Assembly: GCF_009914755.1 (NCBI RefSeq)
Contig: NC_060931.1
Source of the DNA: the human T2T-CHM13v2.0 reference genome, Homo sapiens
Direction: 5' to 3' (one strand)
DNA length: 64,000 nucleotides
Positions 54,501 through 64,000 of the stretch are shown one piece after another. The position numbers and the translations under genes are program-made. Position 1 is the first letter of the stretch, and the number at the start of each line of letters is the position of its first letter. The notes below the pieces were generated by a model. That model was not told the origin of the DNA and ran no database searches. It saw nothing but the letters and a program-made list of their open reading frames with translations.

Positions 54501-56943
54501 CACAGAGAGGTGACTGTTTTTGCACCTTAAACAGAACAAAGAAATCCCTGGCTGGCTCCTTGAACAGAAGAGCATACTAAAGTAATACAAGTAATCTAGT
54601 TTTAGCCAAAGAAAAAGTCACTGAAATATTTTTAACAATCGGCTTTTTCCTCTTTTCTGAAACAAATGCTTTACACGATTGTAATAAATGAGTGTAGTGT
54701 GTTGGTCACGGTTTGCTTTCTGTTTGCTGACACCAAAATCAGCCCACAAAGATGTTGGTTTTTTTCCAGAGTAACATCTCATAACTCCTTACACATCAGA
54801 TCTCTAAGCCCTCAGATGGACTGTCTCAAGGAAGGGCTTTCGGTTTTCCCACCATTGTTAGATGTCAGCTAAGTGTTTCGTGTCATGCCATACTTTCAAC
54901 AGACCTCCAAGATGGGGTACCTAAAATCAAAGAAAAGGGGAGAAGAGGGAGGGATAAAAGATCACTAGGCACAAACCCAGCCTTCATTCCTATTTGTTTT
55001 TCCCTCATTCTGTACTGCAGCCTCCCACCACTGGCCAAAAATACCATTTTGATGAAATATTAGAGTACATACCTCTCTATAGGAATCAGAAAATAATACC
55101 TTGTGCCAAGCTCTGGCTCAGGCAGGACACTTCTTTTAAAAAGCATTTTCTGATAACTATTTCCAACATCAAATGGGAATGGAATGTCCTTTTGTTGCAT
55201 TCCAGTGACGTCCTCATTTCCCTGTATTTTCGTGTTGATTTCCTTTCTGCCCACAGGATTCTAAGACCCTTGAAGGCAGAAACCGTATCTTCTTCACCTC
55301 AGAATCCCAAGTAACCAATATAGATTCTAGTACAAAGCAGGAACTCAACAAATGTTTGATGAATTAATGAATTCATCAATTACTTTAACAAATAAATCTG
55401 CTGGCTGCACAGTTTACAAAAAAAACTTTTTCACTTATTGTCACATTCGATCCTAACAATGTCCATGAAATAGGGCCATGATTATCCCCATCTACAGATG
55501 AGGACGTTGAAGCTGAAAGAAATCAGTGACTTACCTAATGTCACACAAAAGGGCAGAGAAGGGATTTAATGAATGTTCGCCTCTAAATGATTAAACTACC
55601 CCTGGAATGTCTCACCTCAAAGAAGGCCCTGCTGCTGCAGACTACAGGGTTGTTTGGAACATCGTGAATATCAAACCAACTCTTTCGGTTCCTTGATACA
55701 TAATACACTCTCATCATTGCTCCATGCATACCTCTCTTAGGTTTTATTTATGTTTATGCATTTAATTGTTTTTAATTATGCAAACACTGGTGCAAATATA
55801 CTCTATTGTGGGTTAAGAGTTTATTAAATAGCTGTCCTGGAATAAAGAAGTAAACTCCAGGAAAGGAATATTCTTTCTATACACCAATTCAACAGGCTCA
55901 GGCAGCATCTGAACACTCTCAGGGTAACAATATCTCCACCAAGGGAGAAGCTGTAGTTCAAGCACATCCAGTCTTTTGCCAGGCACTTCATAAATGTGGG
56001 CAGCATTTACATTGGTATGCATCCAAGATGTAAAATAAGGATATTAATAAGTGTGTGCTGAGAGGAGAGGAAGAAATGCTATAATACAGAGGATATCAAA
56101 TCATGGCATGGGTTACCTTTCCCCCACCCCACCTTTCTCTTTCATATGGAGAAAAAGAACATGGATTATCCCTTCTATTCAGACTCAACTAAAAGTGCTA
56201 AACAAGGTTCATCATCAGGGAAGGCTGGCAGAACTTCAGGGAAGCCCTTCTCTCCCTTGATACCTTTTCCTCATATTGCTTCAGGAAGGGACAAAGCCTT
56301 TGGGTCTACAGTTAGAAACAGTTACTCGGCCAAGAACTCGACTCACTGAAGACTCTCAATAAATGTGTTTAATCAACTAAAGAGTTTCAGACTATAATCT
56401 TCAAGTCAAGTTAATAGTTTTTGTGAGTGTGTTATGGTTAAAATGTTAACATCAGCTCATATACCCAACCTACTGATGCCAGACCCATCTGCCTTTGGTT
56501 AAGGGAGGAAGGAAAAGCAATAGAATGACATGAAGTGCCTGTAATCCTCTGGGAAAAAAAGCACCCAGAAAAACTCAGCTCAAGCTGAGGAAATCAAAAC
56601 TTAGATTGCGAGATGTTGCACTAAGGGTAAGCTCAATTCATCGTCAACTTGGCAGAAACCAATAAAGACTGCGCACGAGGTACTTTTTAATCTTACAGCT
56701 GCAGTAATACTTCAAATGATTCAGGAAGCTTTTATCTTAGTCTTGAACACATCTGACTTCATATAAAGGAGTGATGTTCATAGGAGTTTGAAAATGGAGC
56801 TACAGCTAAGGTATCTGAGGACAGGTCAGCAGGCAATGTTGAAAATTATTAAGCAAGTCTTCCTTGTAACTAGAGGAATCCTGAGAATGAGAGACACAAA
56901 ACATGCACTGAAGTGATGTTTAAATGAAAAGGCCAACACCTAC

Positions 56944-57052
56944 ACTCCAGTCCAAAGTCGCTCTGGGCTCCTTGGCTGGACCATTTGCCACAGGAAGGCT
57001 GAGGGGATGTGCAGGAGCCAGATGCTGGAGGCCTGCCCGGGAGATTGCTTTC
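56944..57052 (-). CDS. DGKI: DGKI coding exon 2 (109 nt, phase 2-0): (R)KAISRAGLQHLAPAHPLSLPVANGPAKEPRATLDWS
   Basis: Acceptor ttcttcttgctgcag|G, donor AGT|gtaggt; open frame continuing into next exon. Confidence 0.95.
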
Positions 57053-58079
57053 CTGCAGCAAGAAGAAAAACAAAAACAAAAACAAAGAAAAACCAACATC
57101 AGAATCTCATACAGAGCTCAAAATTTCCCATGGGGTAGAAACAATGCCTGAGTTAGCCTCTTCCACATCTGAAAATCTTTACCAAAGTATTGGAATATAC
57201 CTCTCTAAAGTGCATGGTGTCCAAAGAGGGTGGCAGGTCCCAAAAGACAGGGAGGTCAAGGGGACCACTGTGGGGAAATAGTGCTTCAGAACCAAAAATT
57301 AAAATATAATCCTCTATTCAGAGTAGAGGGAAAGAGCAAAGGTCTTGACTCTTCATTTATGGAAAAAGACCTAGGGTTTGGGCAGCCACCATACTTGAAC
57401 AACTTTAAGATTGCCAGCGACTAAAAGCAAGAAAAATGGGCTCATGAGGTCTCCTACTGAAATTCCTCCATTTTCCAGCAAAGCATTCTCCAAGCTGGTT
57501 ACAGCTGAAAGTTCACTGTTATTTTGCTTTCCTCTCGAGAATATCATCCTTTCCCTATCCTCCTTACCCCTGCAGAGGACTACATGAGTTTGAGGTTCTA
57601 AATGGGAAAAGACTGCTTTGCATCTGCCAAGAAATTGCACATTCAATAACTTACCAAGACCCACAGTAAGATAAAGCCTAAAAACACTAATTAGATTTTA
57701 GATTTGTTGAGTGGAACATAACAGAATTCACGTCAGAAAGGAGGGTATGAATTGGGAGAGGTTGAGATAGTCAGCCCTGATCTTGGTCTGCAAAGAAATG
57801 AAACAAGAGGGGCTACTTTAGCAAAGCAAATATGATCATTGCTGAGCAAAGGGAAGGGAAGAACGGTTAGAGCATAGTGGTGAGAATAAGAACAGCAAGA
57901 AGAAGAAAAAAAAAGCAGAGATCACCTAGGGAGATCTGTGGGATCATCAGGAACCGTGGAAGTTCAATTTCTGAATGGCCTCCCAAAAAATGTCTCACAA
58001 GGGTCTAGAGCTTAAACATGAGCGCTGATTTGTGATTGAACTAAGTCACTCCCTAGAAGGGAGAGGGGCTTTTCCCCTA

Positions 58080-58235
58080 TAATAATATCTAAGTGTGGTC
58101 TGAGAAGTACCTGAAATAGAATCAGGAGGGTCTTGTGATGCTGCAACTCTGAGTCCTGAATCAGTTGGAGGGTGAGGCACAGGAAGCTGCATTTACACAC
58201 ACTCCTAAGGTTCTCTTCTGTGCACTAAAGTTCTT
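58080..58235. mobile_element. MER5A-like remnant
   Basis: aagtgtggtc...ctgaatcag...ctgcattt...tgcactaaagtt. Confidence 0.5.
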
Positions 58236-61089
58236 AGACTTTGCTCTGTGGGAGCATGTACATTTAAGCAGCTGGGACCACAACTTTCCAAAGCCCATCA
58301 AGGGGAGCTCTAAAGAAAACATCAGCAATTGCATTATTTACTTTATCTTCATTTGGCTGTCTTCAGCTAATCTCATATGACCTGAACACTGCAGTAAGAA
58401 TCTGCCATCTCTGAGATGAGGCCTGCAGATACCCTGGATCCCCAGAAAGGCCCAGATCCTCAGACTTCTCAACCCCTTGGACTACACAGAGGAACAAAGC
58501 TCCAGACAGTGGAATGGAGAAAAGGAAAGCAGTGATGGCCAGATCTGTGGTGACTCCCATCACAAATGAGTCCCCAAAGGAAAAGAAACTTGCCCCATAT
58601 AAACGGGAAGGAATAGGAACAGAATTTAAAAGCTTTCTTGAACCCTGAAGGGCAGGTAATCTTTTCATCCTGCTCAGCGACCTCTGCAAACTCCCTCCAA
58701 AAAATAATTTGTAAAGTTGAGCAAGATGAACAGTAGCCCCCAAGCCTGAGGAAACACTGAGTAGAAGCCAGTAAGAATCCAGGATTGTGCAACCATTAAT
58801 CAATTACCAAGTATGTCAGAGAGCTCAGCAAGTGTCTAGACCTTTGGGTTTTTTTTTTTTTTTTTTTTTTTAAGTCTCTTGTATTCCTATACAGGAAGTC
58901 CCAGATATAGTGGGTAGGTCTTCAGTAGTTAGAAGCGATCACATCGAGCTTGCTGGTAGCCTACTTTCAAAAGCTCCCACTGGGTAACAGACAATTTACT
59001 TGCTTTATATAATCCCCGAAAGGGTCATTATGAAGATGGAGGCCTTTAATGATGACACAATATTCTCGTTCCTCACTTTCACCAAGGCAAATAATTAGCA
59101 ACATCAATTTTGGCCCCTCACCCCAAAGCATATTCCATATCATCGAGCAATAAGAAAGTAACAGTGGAAGAATCTTATACAGTGATCTTTCATCTCAAAA
59201 CAGTTTTCCTCCACCTATGTTGAAGGAACTTCTTTAGCATTTTTATTAGGATTTTCTCTGGCTTTGAAGGGCTCTGTATGGGGACTCTGAGCTACAGTTT
59301 TCCTCATAAGAAAATCAGATCTCTGAAGAGTCAGAATACACAGGTTCTACATTTGATTCCTTAACAGTCACCACAACCTAAATTAAGTGTCCTTACAAAA
59401 AATACCAAACCACACCCAAGTGCAAACTCTTAGAATGGCTGAAGAATTTCTAAATCTTGGTTTAATGAGAAAAACACAGATCTTTCATTTTTTCATTAAC
59501 TGTCCCAGACAGTTTTGATACAAAAAAATTTTTTTAAGAGAGGAAACAAAACGCTACTGTCAGGCACCAGTAGAAACCACAGGGCAAATGAGTTTAACTC
59601 ATCAGAACTTGTAGACTCTGACCGCCAAAACCCGGTTACTCTTCCTAATTAGGACTGCCAGGAGGAGCCAATTGCTGAAATAATCAAATTAGGATTCAAG
59701 GATGCAAGCCACGTGTGTCTATGAAAGATAATGTGGCTATATGATAAAGAGACATACAAACATTTAACCCTGAAAGAAATTACAGTCAAATCACACTCTT
59801 TTCTAGCCTGGGAATAGAAACAAGTAAGGCCTTTTTGTTGATCACTTATTTCTCTTTGTGGATACAAATTTAAGGTTGGTTTTATGTCTACACACATAAA
59901 CATTAATTAGGAGAAAAAAATAAGTAAAAAACATGAAAGTGGCTGCCAGTTTGTAACTCTAATTGCCCTCACAAAAGGACATACAAATAGAAAAAATATA
60001 TTTAGGTACAACAGGGTGTACGAAATAACTTCTGATTAGAACTTTCCATTCTTTTAAATAACCATGGGAGAAAATCCTTTTCTCCAATAATTCATACATG
60101 CATACACATTTTCTTCCAAAATAAGAAAATAGTTTTATTATATCTCAGACCTCAAATATAAGTTAGCGAAAGTTATTTTTCTATTTGAATTTATCTTGCT
60201 GGTAGATGACGAATTTAAGAGTCTAGTAGAACTTGGTGTGTGGTTGGGAGTGGGATGAGGGGGCAGTAGTTTTATGCTGCAATTTGCTCCTATTAAAAAA
60301 AAATCAATGGGGTTTCAACTTGTTCTTTCCTTCTGCTCAGAATCCTCTCAAGCCCACGGTCAGCAAAACCATGAAATGCCAATGATTCTTTCTATTAATT
60401 TCACAACAACGCTTCATAGGAGATGGCTATAATCACAAATGCTTCTTTGAAAAGAACTGTGATATTAACTGTGAAATAGATATGAAAAGAAAATATCCTA
60501 TAATGCAGTTTCAATAATACAACATCACAGTTAATATCAATTACCTGAAAGACCTCTAATATATTTAAAATATAAAAGCCATTATACATTTTAAGTAGCA
60601 TCATATTATTTTCTTCACTTCATTCAATAAGACTATAAACTCCTAAAGGACAGGGCTCAATCCATCTACTAATCTTAATTACATTCCAGCCCTGGGGTAG
60701 ACACAGTCTATATTCAAGAAATGCTTTCTGAGTTAATGAATGAACTTGACCAAGAAGCTAAGAAAAACAGCTTGCTGATTAGATCAAGGGTTGAGAAATC
60801 TGATTAGGATGATTTGAATTATATCCCATGCCTTACATTTCAGTGATATTCTTGCCTGAGAGAGTCAGAAATCCTTCATAGCAGCTCTTTAAAAATAAAT
60901 GCAAATAAGGTAGAATCCAGTGTTAAGAAGCCTAAGAAACATCAAAACGGCTTTGTGTGGTCAACATTAAAATGGAATCCCTTTGCCACATTCGTAAAGG
61001 GCATATGATAGTGTTAATATTTTTACAATGTGTTTAATGAAACATGTGGCATATACTCTTCATAAATAGAAATTTAAAAATTTATGGAA

Positions 61090-61387
61090 GGCCGGGCACG
61101 GTGGCTCACGCCTGTAATCCCAGCACTTTGGGAGGCCGAGGCGGGCAGATCACAAGGTCAGGAGATTGAGACCATCCTGGCTAACACGGTGAAACCCCAT
61201 CTCTACTAAAAATACAAAAAATTAGCCGGGCGAGGTGGCGGGCGCCTGTAGTCCCAGCTACTTAGGAGGCTGAGGAAAGAGAATGGCATGAACCCCAGGG
61301 GGCGGAGCCTGCAGTGAGCGGAGATCGTGCCACTGCACTCCAGCCTGGGCGACAGCGAGACTCCGTCTCAAAAAAAAAAAAAAAAAA
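61090..61387 (+). mobile_element. AluY, Ye-lineage-like
   Basis: gggcgaggtggcgggc, gaaccccagggggcggagcctgcag and gggcgacagcgagact variants; TSD aaaaatttatggaa. Confidence 0.9.
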
Positions 61388-62889
61388 TTTATGGAAAACA
61401 TGCAAATAAGCCAGAGATACCCTTTTCTAATTACCCACTTTGCAAATTTCTCTCAATTTCCTCTGGTTCCAGTTTCAGTCTGATTGTAGGTTTATGTGGC
61501 TCCCGTTTTCTATCTATCCTCATCTTGCCAGCTCCCTCTCTGGGTGATGCTGCACGTGAGAACAGAATCAGGATTCTTCTTGCAGAGCAGAAAAGCACCA
61601 GAGAATCAGGAAGTCTCTTACCCAGAACACCTCCTAAAGATTGACACATTAGAGACTGGTGAACTCATCCTGTTGTTCTAGAAAAGGAACCAGCTGTCTA
61701 AGAAGTTACTCAGTGTCTTGGTTTGATTCCCCAAGAGAGTTCTTAATCACCTAGTGTGTTGTTGTCTTTTTTCTTATACCATATGGGCACTAACTTTGCT
61801 TGTCTTCAAAGCAGCTCACAGTGCTTTTTGGCTGACTTAGACAAGCTGCCTACAATGTAAAGGATAGTCCACGCAATAAAAAAATTGTCCCAAGCCCCGC
61901 ACAAACTTCACCTCTGATTTATGTCAGGGAACAAACTGTGCGTAATTATTTGAGCCTAAATCCTACTTCATATTATATATGAACTCAAAGTACTTTTTGA
62001 TTATTTTAATGTACATTGAAATGTTGAAAGATGTAATTACTATTGAACCAAAGGTTGTGTTTTGTTTCCTAAGAAACTCATCCCATTGAGTCACTCAAAA
62101 AATCACTTTTGGTATTGAATCTTCAACATAATATACAACTATTATTCTACGTTTGTTACCTTCACAGTGATTCTCCAACATTGGTACTCAACCTTTGCCT
62201 ACCATGGGGTTTAAGAATGAGTCCATTCAAAGCCCTCCAGGTATTTCTAATGTGTATCCTGGCTAGGAACCACTGTTCCACACAGATGTGCAAACATCTG
62301 ACTACTTCATTGTCTGTAATGTGACTAAGCCCAGGCCTTTACATATTGAAATATATCCATTCAACAATGTATTTACCGAATGTCTATTTTATGCCAAGCA
62401 CTGTTCTAAATGTGTAGGTTACAAGAACAAATAAAACAGACCCCAATCACTGCTGCCTTTGAGAAGCTTACATTTGAACAGAAAATACATTTTGCCAGGC
62501 ACTGAATCTTTTTACATATTTTACGTATCCCTCACAATAATAAGGTATGATCCCTATTTCATAATAAATTTCCCATTTTTTTATAATAGATGTTCTCCAT
62601 GGAGCTTATGGAGAACACGTAAGCTCCATGTCTAACAACACACAGGTAAGAAGAGGTCCGAGTAAGATTTGAATGGAGGCATCTAACTCCAGAAGGTATA
62701 TACTTAACCATTTCACAACCTGACACTTTTATAAAATGCTGACAGTACACATATACATAGCAAACCAGACGTACTATAAAATTCACCTTTTCTATACTAC
62801 TTCTCTAATTGCCTTAATTATAAATTTCCTGTCTCTAGAACAAGAATGCAAACTTCTACCAGCAAGAGGACATGTTTACTAGGCACTGG

Positions 62890-63080
62890 AGTGCAGAAGT
62901 TAAGCACACACCTTACCTTACCAATTAATGGTTATGTAGTCAGATAGCTTGATGTCTTTTAGCCTCAGTTTCCTTATACGTAAAATAAAAATAGCGCCTA
63001 ACTCAGAGAATAGTGGAAAAAAATTGGGCAGGATGCTTGGCACAGAGTAAGCACAATCGATAGTTGCTGCTATTATTGTT
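62890..63080. mobile_element. MIR; similar MIR cores near 14.9, 21.3, 24.3, 36.1, 38.7, 40.6, 43.5, 49.4, 55.5 and 62.6 kb
   Basis: gcctcagtttcct..taaaat / gaggaaactgagg MIR core motifs. Confidence 0.7.
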
Positions 63081-63477
63081 CGTACACACATCAGCGGGCC
63101 CCCACAGCACCAGCCAAAGCTAGGTACATGGTAAATCTCTGAATAAATATGTGCTTTTTGATTGCTCTCAAAACAGTCTAAGTTCCCTGGACACTTCTGT
63201 TCATTCAACAAACATTTGACAAACTTCCACCACGTGTCAGGCAGTTCAAAGGGGTTATTCAAACAGAAGATTTCCTCTTCTAGTCAGTAAATAATTCCAC
63301 GGTTGCCAAAGGAATCATTCTTCTTCCCTGCCTAACCCATCTTCCTAATACAAAATCAGAAAGCACCGCACACTTTCCTCAGACAGATTTACCATCATAT
63401 TAAACACATGCAAATGTGCAATCCAAATGCCATTGGAAGTATTTATTATATTCATGTAAATAAATGCAATGCCCAAA

Positions 63478-63481
<4 letters not shown>

Positions 63482-63513
<32 letters not shown>
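63482..63513. repeat. Poly(T) tract of about 32 nt (poly(A) on DGKI sense); another at 58849-58871
   Basis: Homopolymer with no attached Alu or L1 body. Confidence 0.95.
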
Positions 63514-63516
<3 letters not shown>

Positions 63517-63787
63517 TAATGTGTAAAAATGGCCTGGCAGCTAAATGCCCCTGAGAACTTGTGAACTCATTTCTCAGACAGGATTTAATTCCCAAGTGTA
63601 ACTTTCCTAACCACATCCATAAGGCAACACTGGTACGGGCTTGGCGTGGGATGTGGCAACAAACCTCATTTTAAAACATGGTAAGATGACTTCACTGAGA
63701 TTCTCTCCAGAGTTAATGACATTCTTCTCCTTATGGTATCACTTGAGGGAAAAAGTAATCCTTGAGAATGGAGAAAAAATAATCATG

Positions 63788-64000
63788 CTGTTATGGGCTG
63801 AACTGTGTCACCCCAAAGTTCCCATGTTGAAGTCCCAATTCCTAGTACCTCAGAAGGTAACCGTATTTTAAGATAGGGTCTTTACAGAGGTCATCAAGTT
63901 AAGCTGAGGTCATTAGGACAGGCCCCTAACCTAATATGACTGTGTCTTTATAAAAAGGGGAGATTTGGACCCAGACACACACATAGGGAGAAAGCCATGT
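63788..64000 (+). mobile_element. MLT1B/C LTR, cut by window end
   Basis: tgttatgggctgaactgtgtcacccc...gatagggtcttta...ccctaacctaatatgactg. Confidence 0.88.

Noticed and set aside
58363-58803. 146-aa minus-strand ORF upstream of exon 2
   Set aside because: Not DGKI sequence, non-ATG start, no in-frame splice link seen

Overview
Primate (almost certainly human) genomic DNA lying entirely inside the diacylglycerol kinase iota gene (DGKI), transcribed from the minus strand. Five short coding exons (109, 96, 75, 57 and 66 nt; exons 2-6 of the usual model, numbering from recalled gene structure) splice with canonical GT-AG ends into one open frame. They encode the linker after exon 1, the complete C1A zinc finger and the start of C1B. 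The ORF track does not call any of them in their coding frame, and the listed ORFs look spurious. The rest is intron, rich in Alus, MaLR/ERVL LTRs, a decayed ERVL internal region, L1/L2/MIR fragments and DNA-transposon relics; repeat boundaries and subfamilies are by eye and approximate. The most interesting unexplained signals cluster in the 1.7-kb intron 4: a CTCF site with upstream motif abutting the exon-4 donor, a promoter-like block ending in a candidate in-frame 21-nt exon or alternative ATG exon, and a strong T13-CAG|GTAATT decoy or recursive acceptor 61 nt before exon 5. Also notable are a CRX/NRL-type motif cluster ending in a consensus donor in intron 6, a locally templated ~220-bp insertion inside an MLT1 LTR, and an unidentified element bounded by an 11-bp inverted repeat. 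All regulatory and splicing ideas are hypotheses from sequence only.
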